From Candidatus Aenigmatarchaeota archaeon (GTDB lineage: Archaea > Aenigmatarchaeota > Aenigmatarchaeia > GW2011-AR5), in NCBI GenBank assembly GCA_016180945.1, contig JACPAG010000002.1, forward strand, positions 128,210-192,209: DNA of 64,000 bases, written 5' to 3'. Positions 18,860-27,981 of this stretch are shown here, in pieces. A program made the translations under genes and the position numbers. The number at the start of each line of letters is the position of its first letter. Position 1 is the first letter of the stretch. Below the pieces are notes generated by a model. The model worked only from the letters and a program-made list of their open reading frames with translations. It ran no database searches and had not been told where the DNA came from.

Positions 18860-19294
18860 TTATTCACACGGTTTTGTTTTTTGCGAAGCCTTTATCGTAT
18901 CAAGGCATCGCATGATATAAGCGGCGCCGTCCTTGCACTCCAGTTTTGCGGGTTCAATGCTCAGGGCTGTTTTTATTATGCCGCTTTTTGAAGATTGTCT
19001 TAGTGTAGTAAGTTTTAGCGTAGGAATCCATGGTTGTGATTGCACAGAAATCACAACATTATCAGGGCTTATCTCTACGGTGCAGTCCTTGTTCAGTTCA
19101 ACAACATGAAACGTCCCGCTCGGCGATGCCTGCAGAAGGTTTATTATGCCAGCTATCTCGTTCGCCCTCATAGATAGCTGCTGTTCCAGCGATTCGTTGG
19201 TTGTATCGAATAGGAGGCGGACCAAAAAGCCGACAAATATGACAAGCACGAGTATCAGCACTATTAACGTTACCAGCGTCATTCCTTTGGCCAT
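18860..19294 (-). CDS. Type IV pilin-like protein (class III signal peptide)
   Basis: MAKG|MTLVTLIVLILVLVIFVGFLV. Confidence 0.75.
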   Translation of the reverse strand: MAKGMTLVTLIVLILVLVIFVGFLVRLLFDTTNESLEQQLSMRANEIAGIINLLQASPSGTFHVVELNKDCTVEISPDNVVISVQSQPWIPTLKLTTLRQSSKSGIIKTALSIEPAKLECKDGAAYIMRCLDTIKASQKTKPCE

Positions 19295-19390
19295 GATTAT
19301 AATTGTAACGACTGGTTATTATCTTTTCACACCCCTCCGAAGCCCCTAGAAAGAATAAAAACAACCTAGACCATAAAGAATAATTAAAAA

Positions 19391-19519
19391 ATGATATCCA
19401 TGTTCCCTATTCCAATTGATCTTGCAAAAAAGTCTTTGATGTCCCTGATAATTTTATTTATCCTCGCATTGGTCGTATTGCACCTTATATCGGGCGCAGG
19501 AGGCGTATTCAAGTCATGA
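19391..19519 (+). CDS. Micro membrane protein, pilin-like (42 aa; not in ORF track)
   Basis: MISMFPIPIDLAKKS|LMSLIILFILALVVLHLISGAGGVFKS*; ATGA overlap with next ORF. Confidence 0.5.
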   Translation: MISMFPIPIDLAKKSLMSLIILFILALVVLHLISGAGGVFKS

Positions 19520-19677
19520 CATATAAGAAAGGTATCAGCATTCCGCCTAACCTGGCATTCTGGGTTATCGCGGGCCTGATAATGGCTTTTGTGGCACTTC
19601 TTGTATTACAAGGCCCTGTACTATCGAGCTTGCTCAAAGGCACCCCTCCGTCTATCTTCTCAATTATCCAGTCCTAA
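19516..19677 (+). CDS. Micro type IV pilin (53 aa; not in ORF track)
   Basis: MTYKKG|ISIPPNLAFWVIAGLIMAFVALLVL...; same KG|IS[LI]P motif as the pilins at 14544 and 15644. Confidence 0.75.
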   Translation: MTYKKGISIPPNLAFWVIAGLIMAFVALLVLQGPVLSSLLKGTPPSIFSIIQS

Positions 19678-19734
19678 AACCTAAGGAGAATGAAATTTCT
19701 AGGCTTACTTTATAATGATACTTATTTTAGTTAT

Positions 19735-19933
19735 TTATAGTGAAACCAGAAAAGAATCGGTATATTAATTTCTGGTTTTACATACACGCAAAAAGCAGAG
19801 CTTTTCTCTCAGAAACAGAAGTTTCTGGAGACTCAGGAAAGCTTTGCTTTCCTCGAGTTGGTGCACCAGAAAACTTTGTTTTCTGCGTGTAGTCAGCAAG
19901 GAAGTAATCCTTTATTTCCTTGCATGACTATAA
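19735..19933 (+). mobile_element. Family B element, 199-bp form with nested paired-hairpin inserts
   Basis: Same ends as 15542-15640; ~100 bp extra between CATAC and AGTCA. Confidence 0.75.
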
Positions 19934-19983
19934 CCATAGTTAATAGGAGAGGTCCTCCTTATATTGCTAGATGGCTGACAAAA

Positions 19984-20958
19984 ATGGATATGGGCATAGA
20001 AAAAGTTGTTGTGTATGTGGTCATCCTCCTTGTCTGCACTTACATAGCTGTTATTTTCATAACTTCTGTGCTGATACCAAAAAAAGTAGAAGCTGGAAAT
20101 ACAACAAAGATTGTAGACCGCGTTACCGGTTCATTGTGGTTTTCTAATGAACCGGAGATAGTTGTGAGAAGTAAAAAAATAAACGGCGAATTCGAATACA
20201 GCGTCGATGCATCAATCGGCATGCGGTTTGACGGCAAAACCGCCGAAGAAATTACCGCATTTCCCGTGGTTTCGTTTAAAGGCGCTAAAAACAGGGACGA
20301 CAAAGCTACTGATATCACAATAAAGAAAGGCGAAACAAAATATACAGCACTCAATTTCAAGCTGCGGAGCATGGAAAGGCCGATGATTATCAATGACAAG
20401 AGCACAGAATTCAGATGCGGATCTGATTTGTCGAAATGTCTTGTTTACGACAAGCAGAAGCTGTTGCTGAAAGACTTCTTCTTTTCATTTTCGGCTTTCC
20501 AGATAGTGCCTAAAATAGGGCCTTGCGTCCTGGTTTCGGAAATCCAGTGCCCCGGAGAAAAGAGGGTTGTTAATCTTAAGTTGGATGACGAAAAAGAGCC
20601 ATGCAATAGTCAGGAAGAGAAAAAAAACTGCGCCAAAACAGAAAAGATGTGCGGGACGCTTGCAAATATCCAGCTTGTTAAAATAGAGACGGATGAAAGC
20701 CTTCTGGAAAGAATATTGCCGGGATCGCCAAGCTGCGGCGACAAGGCATTTGCAGTCGATATTAGTGTAGGCAGTGTTGACAAAAACATTTTCGCCGGCA
20801 AGTTCGGATGGAAAATAGGGGAAGACATAACATTTGGTTTCTGGGAAAAGACTGATAAAAAAGACCCGGAAAACTGCTGGAGAGATGGTGGCGAAGGCTG
20901 CGCAGACCTGTACCTTGGCGAAAAGGTTGTCACCATCCCTGTAGAAAGTTATAAGTGA
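19984..20958 (+). CDS. Membrane-anchored surface protein, Cys-containing (pilin cluster)
   Basis: MDMGIEKVVVYVVILLVCTYIAVIFITSVL anchor; the upstream ORF-track extension runs through a repeat element. Confidence 0.7.
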   Translation: MDMGIEKVVVYVVILLVCTYIAVIFITSVLIPKKVEAGNTTKIVDRVTGSLWFSNEPEIVVRSKKINGEFEYSVDASIGMRFDGKTAEEITAFPVVSFKGAKNRDDKATDITIKKGETKYTALNFKLRSMERPMIINDKSTEFRCGSDLSKCLVYDKQKLLLKDFFFSFSAFQIVPKIGPCVLVSEIQCPGEKRVVNLKLDDEKEPCNSQEEKKNCAKTEKMCGTLANIQLVKIETDESLLERILPGSPSCGDKAFAVDISVGSVDKNIFAGKFGWKIGEDITFGFWEKTDKKDPENCWRDGGEGCADLYLGEKVVTIPVESYK

Positions 20959-20962
20959 TTTT

Positions 20963-21592
20963 ATGGGCGAAAAAACAGGCAACTTTGTCTTGCTTAAGGG
21001 CATGGCTATAAACATGTCAGTCCTGCTGATGGTCGTTCTTGTCGCGCTTGTTGTAATGTTTCTGCTGGCTGGTGTGTTCAAGGATTTTGTGTTCCAGCGA
21101 CAGGGTCTTTTCGGCCTGGTTCCGGGAACAGAAACAGTAACCGTGACAGACAGGGACACAAGCGAAATAGTCACGATTGACTGCAAGATTTTAACTGCCA
21201 GAAATCCTCCGGATGAATACGAATATAAGATAACATTTAACAAGGTAGGATTTGATTATACTTCCAAAGCCAAAGTATTCCCTGTTATTGGATTCAGAGG
21301 ATTAACAGCTGCGTCCCAGCCGGAAGAGGTCGAGATTCCAGAAAGAATAAGCTTCAGTTCGCTTCCTATAAGGTATAAATTAACAGGCGTTGATAATACA
21401 AAATTGACAGAATTCTACAATAACCAAACCAAGGAAACAAAAGAAACCGTATTGGTGGGATTTTTCAAACATGATGAAAAGTGCCTGGCTCTGGCCAAAG
21501 CTTCAGTCAGCTTAGACAGATTTGTTGACGAGTGCGCGAGGAAACTGGAAACTGCAACGAGTGTCGTAGCCACGCGCAAGGCTTGTGGTTGA
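20963..21592 (+). CDS. Pilin-like protein (class III signal peptide)
   Basis: ...LLKG|MAINMSVLLMVVLVALVVMFLLAGVF. Confidence 0.7.
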   Translation: MGEKTGNFVLLKGMAINMSVLLMVVLVALVVMFLLAGVFKDFVFQRQGLFGLVPGTETVTVTDRDTSEIVTIDCKILTARNPPDEYEYKITFNKVGFDYTSKAKVFPVIGFRGLTAASQPEEVEIPERISFSSLPIRYKLTGVDNTKLTEFYNNQTKETKETVLVGFFKHDEKCLALAKASVSLDRFVDECARKLETATSVVATRKACG

Positions 21593-21593
21593 T

Positions 21594-21740
21594 ATGTCTG
21601 AAGCGATGGAATTGCCTTTTGGCTTGTCATGGGAGGTTGTTGTCATGCTTATAGCTTTGGGGATAATGGCTATTATTATTTTCGGAAATCCGCAGTTCAT
21701 GGAACGCATAATGTCTTTCATCGGCGGAAGCCTAAGATAA
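21594..21740 (+). CDS. Micro membrane protein (48 aa; not in ORF track)
   Basis: MSEAMELPFGLSWEVVVMLIALGIMAIIIFGNPQFMERIMSFIGGSLR*; fills the gap in the operon. Confidence 0.55.
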   Translation: MSEAMELPFGLSWEVVVMLIALGIMAIIIFGNPQFMERIMSFIGGSLR

Positions 21741-21779
21741 AGGTTATTTAGTTCTGAAACAAATAAATATTCTGATTGC

Positions 21780-21920
21780 ATGCGCATGGAATACATACTG
21801 GTAGGATTGATTATAGCCCTGGTGGTTTTGCTAGCCCTGCTTGTATTAAGCGGCGGAATTGTTCCTGGATTCAAAGAAGGGTTGAAAAGCCTGGCGAATT
21901 TTGTCGGCATAAAGGTATAG
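21780..21920 (+). CDS. Micro membrane protein, pilin-like (46 aa; not in ORF track)
   Basis: MRMEYILVGLIIALVVLLALLVLSGGIVPGFKEGLKSLANFVGIKV*; stop 2 nt before next ATG. Confidence 0.6.
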   Translation: MRMEYILVGLIIALVVLLALLVLSGGIVPGFKEGLKSLANFVGIKV

Positions 21921-21922
21921 TC

Positions 21923-24520
21923 ATGAAAGGGTTCATTGAAGACACCATATTCATAGTTGTAGAAGTCGTCCTGATAGCTATTTTTGCTGTTCTGCTTTCC
22001 CGTGCTGTAGGAGCTGTCTTTAACCCGGACAAAGAGGTTGTTACTCTAAACACCGAACTTCTAAGATCAAAAATAAACGAGGCCTGCCAGTTTAAAGAAA
22101 ATGAGATAAAACTGGATAAATTCAATTTCCCGCAGCCCAAGCCGTCCAGAATTTTTGGCATAACAGATTTCCTGCCAACTTACTCCATATCCGGCTCAGG
22201 GGCTGCCGACCCGCACTACGTTCTATACTATGAATCCTTTCCGCCAGGCGAAGCCATAGGATGGGAGGCGTATCTCGATTTCGGTACACGCTTCATCGCG
22301 CCTTTTGATTATGCGAAATATACGAATTCGGACAAGCTTAAGGGCAAAAACAGTAAGATTACTGGTCCTGAAGTAGACAAGTTTTTCAAAAACGCAACGG
22401 CGTATGAGACAGAAGTAATATCAAAAGCCGAGAGCTTTACCGAATCAGAATTCGGCGAAGCAGGCACCGGTGCAATAATATCTTATATCGCCGACACGGA
22501 GCCTGATAAAGCAAGTCTCCCATGGGAAAAAATAGAATTGAACACCGGACCTGCGAAAAACACCCTAAAAGCGGATAAAGGCGAACTGGAGTTCAGAACG
22601 CCAATAGACGGTTCCGTTGTATTTCGAAGGCAGGAAAACGAATCATCGACAACTGCTTGGATGAAAGTAAAACTAAAGGTAGAAGAGGCCCGCAGGCTCG
22701 GAGGTTGGCCGTGGGAAGATAAAGGGGTTGAAAAGATTTTCATTTCTGTGAGCAATGCGCCTTATAGGGCTGACCTGATATTTAGGGAAGACAAAATAAT
22801 TCTTAGCGGAGAAGCAAGAAGCGAGGTTGAAATCAAGGCAAAAGATTACCATATCTACAAGCTTAAAATGAAGGACGGAGAGGTAACGGTTTCGGTTGAT
22901 GGCAAGCCCGAGATACAAGGAAAGAAAGCGAAGGCAGGGACGGGTAATGTATTTCTATTTGGCTCTGCGGACCCCGATAATCCGGCAAAAGGAAAGCGTG
23001 GCTCAACCGAATCGTATTGGGATTACATCAAATACTCCGGCACTGACGTAGAGCCTTCTGACATTGCAGAACAAAAATCAGAACTGGCGAAAAAGCCGGT
23101 GCTCATAAACAACATTATTCTTAGCGACAATCTTAATGTTATACCAACTGAAGAGCCTAAGCCGCCCGGTTCTGATATAACAAAATCCATAAAGCAACTG
23201 GGCAATGCCGGCGAATGGATTGGCAACCGCTTTGAATTCACAGACTACTTCGGCCTGACAAAAGAAGAGCGCGCCTACATAAAATATCTGCCTTGCGACG
23301 ATAATGCGCTGTGCCTGAAAACTCGTGACGCTGTCCAAAGGTTTAAACTGGATAATGCCTGCGCCGGTGCAAAATATATCCAGATGGTTTATGATGCAAC
23401 TGGATTAAAACCAGAAGATTTGATGCCTGCCGCCTATATAGCCGGTGATGTTGCCGGTCTTAAAGCCCTTTCAAAGGCGCAAGAAAGACTTGGCAACAAG
23501 GCAGCAGACGAGGCGTTTACTAAAAAATTTCTTGATACTACGCTTAGATTAGAAGGCAAAGACCCAAGTTTATTGAAGAAAGAAAATATTTTCAAATCCT
23601 TCTTCAAGGCGTTTGGCAGAAAATCTTTGGCAAAAACTGCCGGAAAATTTGCAGGACCGCTAAAATTTGTTCTAATCGCTGATATAATTGTTCATCAAGC
23701 CCCGGATCTTGCAAGAAGTGTAATGGAAGCAACACTCCGCTACAAGAATTCTGAGTTCTACATAGCAAGCCCTTGTCAGCTGAAAAGCGGTACAATTACG
23801 ATAAAATACGAAGCTAAGTGTCAGGACAAAGAAGAGCTATGTAGCGAGGGTATAACTTACCCGCTCTACAAATATGAGGTCGCACCAGATGGCACTAAAA
23901 CTATCGAAAATGTCGGCGACCATTTCATGTGCCTTGAAAGCGTCGGAAAAGACAAGGGCGAGTCAGAAGAATATAAAGAGAAATATAAGGAGGAAATTAA
24001 AGCAGATCCGCCAAATAAAGAAAATGTTCCTTGCATAAAAATAAAGATGGACGATGTCAAACGGGGCGATTTCTGCTGGACAAACAATCCTGTATTTCCA
24101 AAGAAGGGATTAATTGATAGACTTCAGAGTTTTGTCCCTGGAAAAACAGAAGCTTTGGATGCAATAATAGGTTGCGGCATCGGTACTCTAATCACAGCAC
24201 CGACAGTTGTTGGTATCTTTGCAGGTTGTGCTGCAGGTGCCGGTACTAGTCTTGCCGTAGATGAAGCAAGCAACATTTGGGGCGCTGTGACAGGTGAGAA
24301 GAGCCTAAAAGAGCATTTGTTTGTCCGTCTTGGCGGTCTTCCTGTCACAGAAGGCACGTCTTATCTGACAGTTTCGGATGAGGAGAAAAAAGCCGATCCA
24401 AATAAGTATCTTGAGGCAGTAGAAATGGGCCCTACTGACGTGATTGGCGGTTCTGCTGCAAAGCGGTTCGGCGAGGTTGCAAAAGACTTCTTCGAAATCC
24501 ACTGGGCATGGCCACGATAA
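21923..24520 (+). CDS. Giant pilin-like adhesin (865 aa) with ConA/LamG-like insert and glycine-zipper-like hairpin
   Basis: MKG|FIEDTIFIVVEVVLIAIFAVLL; beta-rich YHIYKLKMKDGEVTVSVDGK...YWDYIKY; AIIGCGIGTLITAPTVVGIFAGCAAGAG. Confidence 0.75.
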   Translation: MKGFIEDTIFIVVEVVLIAIFAVLLSRAVGAVFNPDKEVVTLNTELLRSKINEACQFKENEIKLDKFNFPQPKPSRIFGITDFLPTYSISGSGAADPHYVLYYESFPPGEAIGWEAYLDFGTRFIAPFDYAKYTNSDKLKGKNSKITGPEVDKFFKNATAYETEVISKAESFTESEFGEAGTGAIISYIADTEPDKASLPWEKIELNTGPAKNTLKADKGELEFRTPIDGSVVFRRQENESSTTAWMKVKLKVEEARRLGGWPWEDKGVEKIFISVSNAPYRADLIFREDKIILSGEARSEVEIKAKDYHIYKLKMKDGEVTVSVDGKPEIQGKKAKAGTGNVFLFGSADPDNPAKGKRGSTESYWDYIKYSGTDVEPSDIAEQKSELAKKPVLINNIILSDNLNVIPTEEPKPPGSDITKSIKQLGNAGEWIGNRFEFTDYFGLTKEERAYIKYLPCDDNALCLKTRDAVQRFKLDNACAGAKYIQMVYDATGLKPEDLMPAAYIAGDVAGLKALSKAQERLGNKAADEAFTKKFLDTTLRLEGKDPSLLKKENIFKSFFKAFGRKSLAKTAGKFAGPLKFVLIADIIVHQAPDLARSVMEATLRYKNSEFYIASPCQLKSGTITIKYEAKCQDKEELCSEGITYPLYKYEVAPDGTKTIENVGDHFMCLESVGKDKGESEEYKEKYKEEIKADPPNKENVPCIKIKMDDVKRGDFCWTNNPVFPKKGLIDRLQSFVPGKTEALDAIIGCGIGTLITAPTVVGIFAGCAAGAGTSLAVDEASNIWGAVTGEKSLKEHLFVRLGGLPVTEGTSYLTVSDEEKKADPNKYLEAVEMGPTDVIGGSAAKRFGEVAKDFFEIHWAWPR

Positions 24521-24742
24521 ACCCTTATCCTCTCAGTCGTAAGGTATGGCAAAAGAAATGGTAGCGAACATCGTCGGCCTCTCGTGGACATGGCCATCTT
24601 AAAATGTTTAAATATCCTAGCACAAATGATTATTGTGATGCTTATGACAAAAGATGAAAAAAAACTGGAAGAGCTGTATAAGAAATTGGATAAACGAAGG
24701 GTATTCGACAAATTAAAGAGGGCCCATCAAAAACTTCACAAG

Positions 24743-25188
24743 CTACAATAATTCTTTTGGATGTTTTATCTTTATATCGAATCCATGTTCTATAACTTTA
24801 TTATTGATTAATTTCGTATCGAGTGTAACAAGATTTATAGCTTTGTCTTCTACCGCAGTAGCTGATATCTCTCTATCTGTTGGAGTTATTCTGGGATCCA
24901 GTTCTAGAATTTTGTTTAGTATAGAGCCTATATTTCGAGGAACGTATAAACTAATTTTTCTTACCTTTATCAGATGAACAAAAGTATCCAGAAAATCGTG
25001 CATATCTTTGTAGTCATCAATCGAAACAATAGACGCTAAAATCTCTCCATAAACGGCCAATGAGATTCGTCCTTCGTAATTGTATCTACTTTTTGTAGGT
25101 ATCTTCTGCAACAACGCCCATTTTCAGTATGGTGTGGTTCAAGTATAATAGAAGTATCAATATGGTGCAAAGGCAAATTTCCTTTCAT
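24743..25188 (-). pseudogene. PIN/VapC-domain nuclease gene with a 1-nt frameshift
   Basis: N-terminus MKGNLPLHHIDTSII...YLQKV is in a different frame from YNYEGRISLAVYGE...TDREISATA...LVTLDTKL; shift at ~25085. Confidence 0.7.
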
Positions 25189-25190
25189 AA

Positions 25191-25814
25191 CTATCTCATC
25201 TCCACGCTTATTTTCGTCTTCAGGACTTCTTTCCCGTCTATTAGTTCTGTTTTCGTTCCCTTGTTCTCCAGAATTATAACATGCCCCTCGCCGACCGTAT
25301 TTGAGTTGCCAGTCAAATCTATCCTGTACGACTGCACGCCTTCCGTGTTCAGCTGGATGAATTTCAGGCTGTAGGTTGTTATGTAATTCTCCCCGACTTT
25401 TTCACTTCTTGCGCATAGCGTCTGCGGTTCATCTTGATTTGAAATCCCTTCGTCCGCCGTGCACGCATTCCTGCCGAGCAGTATAAACCCGCCCGGCGAA
25501 TAGATTGTGCCCGATGTGCCCGACACTTCCAGCAAAAGCCTCTTGGAGGCGGCATCAAACATCATTAGCGTTTTTATTTGCGGCGACGGGGAAGGCGGCA
25601 CGTCTACCGTCATCCTCCCCGGATGGTTGACGAGATTCTTTATCCCTCCCGCCAAATCGCTGATGAATATTTCAGAGTTATGCAAAACTGATACGCCTTC
25701 GTTTTTTCTGATAAGCGGCTCGCCCCAGATAAAAACAGCGGTTACCACGCCCAGCATCAGGCCGGTTAGCAATACAACATTAAGAATTTCAAGCGCTCCT
25801 TTTTGCGTTTTCAT
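25191..25814 (-). CDS. Pilin-like protein (class III signal peptide), paralog of 26007-26663
   Basis: MKTQKG|ALEILNVVLL; shared SGTSGTIYSPGGFI.LGRNACT and YxLKFIQLNTEG blocks. Confidence 0.8.
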   Translation of the reverse strand: MKTQKGALEILNVVLLTGLMLGVVTAVFIWGEPLIRKNEGVSVLHNSEIFISDLAGGIKNLVNHPGRMTVDVPPSPSPQIKTLMMFDAASKRLLLEVSGTSGTIYSPGGFILLGRNACTADEGISNQDEPQTLCARSEKVGENYITTYSLKFIQLNTEGVQSYRIDLTGNSNTVGEGHVIILENKGTKTELIDGKEVLKTKISVEMR

Positions 25815-25956
25815 AATAATTACTTGGAATGGCGTATAAAATAAACATGCTGAAATCTCAACATTCCACCTATCTTTAGATGGTGGTAGAATATGTGGAA
25901 TGTTTGGATGTAAAAAACACTGCCATAGTATCAGTGGCATAAGAAATATGAGAGAT

Positions 25957-26005
25957 GCAAGAAGAACTCAAAGAGTTCTTCTGCGCAGAAGGAACATAGT
26001 TCCTT
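25957..26005. repeat. Paired-hairpin cassette
   Basis: GCA-AGAAGAACTC-aaa-GAGTTCTTCT-GC then AAGGAAC-ata-GTTCCTT; the same hairpin recurs at ~48356. Confidence 0.7.
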
Positions 26006-26006
26006 A

Positions 26007-26663
26007 TCATTTCACTAAATCAAGAGCAACCCTGAACTTCTTTACCTCTTTTCCGTTTATAGAATCGGTTTTTGTGCCTTTGTTTTCAAGAAGAATGGAA
26101 CCGGAACTTGCTGATTTTGAGTCGCCTGTCAGGTCTATTTTGGACGACTGGGTGCCTTCCGTATTCAGCTGGATAAATTTCAGCGTATAGGTGGTCACGT
26201 AATTATCGCCTGTCTTGTCGCTGCTTACGCATACCGTCTGCGGCTCGTCCTGGTATGCAATCCCCTCGTTGGGCGTGCACGCGTTCCTGCCCAGTGCTAT
26301 GAAACCGCCCGGCGAATAGATTGTGCCCGATGTGCCTGATATTTCCAGTAGCAATATCTTGGATACGCTGTCAAATGACATTGTCATCTTTATTGCAGGC
26401 GAAGGCGATTGTGGCAGCTCTACAGAAGCCCTGGTACGTGACTGGTCATTGACGACCTCCTTTATTTTATCAGCCAAGCCGTTCATGAATTTCTCAGAAC
26501 TCTCTAGAACCGATACAGCTTCGCTTTTCCTCAGAAATGGCTCGCCCCATACAAAAACAGTTATTGCAACGCCAATCATAAGCATAGTGAGAGCGCCTGC
26601 GGTAAGCGGCTCTATGATACCCCGTTTATATTTCCTAGACCGCATGGAGAAAGGCATAGCCAT
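26007..26663 (-). CDS. Pilin-like protein (class III signal peptide), paralog of 25191-25814
   Basis: ...KYKRG|IIEPLTAGALTMLMIGVAITVFVWGEP. Confidence 0.8.
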   Translation of the reverse strand: MAMPFSMRSRKYKRGIIEPLTAGALTMLMIGVAITVFVWGEPFLRKSEAVSVLESSEKFMNGLADKIKEVVNDQSRTRASVELPQSPSPAIKMTMSFDSVSKILLLEISGTSGTIYSPGGFIALGRNACTPNEGIAYQDEPQTVCVSSDKTGDNYVTTYTLKFIQLNTEGTQSSKIDLTGDSKSASSGSILLENKGTKTDSINGKEVKKFRVALDLVK

Positions 26664-26743
26664 CTTTAGAAATTATGGTGAAGCTGATTAATAAATATGT
26701 TTCAATGTGTTCAAACATCATATGATAAGAGGTAGGGTGGAAA

Positions 26744-26862
26744 ATGATATGCTCTGATATAACCCCTGACTAAAGTCAGGGGTTTCCTTGAGCATGGCAT
26801 CCCAACATTGTTTGTGTATTATCTACCGACTAAAGTCAATAGTTTTAAACGATGTTGAGGAT
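26744..26862 (+). mobile_element. Family D two-lobed palindromic element, short form
   Basis: ATGATATGCTCTGATATA-ACCCCTGAC-TAAA-GTCAGGGGT-TTCCTTGAGCATGGCA shared with 48246-48522. Confidence 0.75.
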
Positions 26863-27101
26863 CACATCTTCCTTATATACCACCGACTAATTCACGGAGA
26901 GCAGAACTCTCCTGAATTCCGCAGAAACCTCTGGTTTCTGACGGAAAGTCGGTGGTTTGCAAGACATCGAAGAACAAAATGTTCTTCGTTGTCTGCACGG
27001 AAGGAACTCCGTTCCTTCCTGTGTGAGAAGATGGGATCCAGATGAACATTGTATTTCATCCATGGTCTAAAGACCATGGTTTTCAATGTCCATCTTAGAT
27101 A
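26861..27101 (+). mobile_element. Family C element, 241-bp form with two paired-hairpin inserts
   Basis: Backbone nearly identical to 31230-31350; 56-bp insert at 26889-26944 and 64-bp insert at 26960-27023. Confidence 0.8.
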
Positions 27102-27231
27102 AACCTCTGCCTCGGTCTTGCCTACCTGGGTTTTTAGGCAAGTCGGAAATAAAGAGAGGTTTCATTATTTAATAAATATGTAGACTGAATGCAACCATCT
27201 ACTTCCCTAAGCCTGCTAATTAAAGAAAGTA

Positions 27232-27639
27232 TCACGCCATAGGAGCCTGCGCCAGAGGCCTGCGAAGTTTGGTTCTGGCCATGCTTGTCAACAAAACCGA
27301 ATTCACCCTTTTCTCCAGCTTCGAGAGCCTTTCGTCAACCTTTTTTTCCAGTTCCTGACTAGGTTCACCTTCTCCGCCCGAAAACTCTATCCGTTCCATG
27401 AAATTGTTTATCTTGGCGGTCAGCTCGCTGACATTGTTAAGAAGGTCCGTGACCTTTTTCATCATTTCCGAATTTATTTTTACCATCTCGTCTATGACGC
27501 TCTGGTTCGCGCGGACTATTTCGATAAGCTCGCGCGTTGTTTCCAGCGACGAACCTGTCCGCTCCACTTTCTCCAGCCGCCTTTCCAGCCGCCTTACCGG
27601 ACCTAGCGGAACAATCTCGTACTCCTCTTCCTCGCTCAT
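27232..27639 (-). CDS. Hypothetical coiled-coil protein
   Basis: MSEEEEYEIVPLGPVRRLERRLEKVE...; heptad pattern. Confidence 0.7.
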   Translation of the reverse strand: MSEEEEYEIVPLGPVRRLERRLEKVERTGSSLETTRELIEIVRANQSVIDEMVKINSEMMKKVTDLLNNVSELTAKINNFMERIEFSGGEGEPSQELEKKVDERLSKLEKRVNSVLLTSMARTKLRRPLAQAPMA

Positions 27640-27981
27640 ATTAACTATATTTCCTTGTTTGGTATATAAAGTTTTTCGGCCAAAAACCTGAGGTGATTTG
27701 ATGGAGTGTCCTGTTTGCAAGCAAAGGATGATAAAGGTGGGATAGAAGCCCTAGTCGAATCCGCAAAAAGTCGCGGCGAATCAGAAGGATTTGCCAAGAG
27801 CTTGTGGTCACATTACCATTAGTTTAGATAGGATAAACTAATTTTTCGGCGTGGAAAACCGCTAGTACTCCGGCTTGATCATGCATAAGGTATACCTAAA
27901 GTAAGAAATCCTACACTTCTTCTATGTACGCTTGTCACAGTTTCGTTTTTTAAACTAGCCATTCTTCACAACTCAAATTAT

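Noticed and set aside
21776-21922. N-terminal extensions in the ORF track (also 13397, 19858, 25940, 27720)
   Set aside because: Extensions run through other micro-ORFs, repeats or promoters; downstream ATGs give canonical N-termini
24644-24751. 35-aa basic ORF as antitoxin of the frameshifted PIN gene
   Set aside because: Convergent rather than upstream, too short, and no antitoxin motif
27746-27960. Possible ncRNA (SRP or RNase P) in the spacer downstream of the thermosome gene
   Set aside because: No SRP helix 8 or RNase P conserved motifs recognisable
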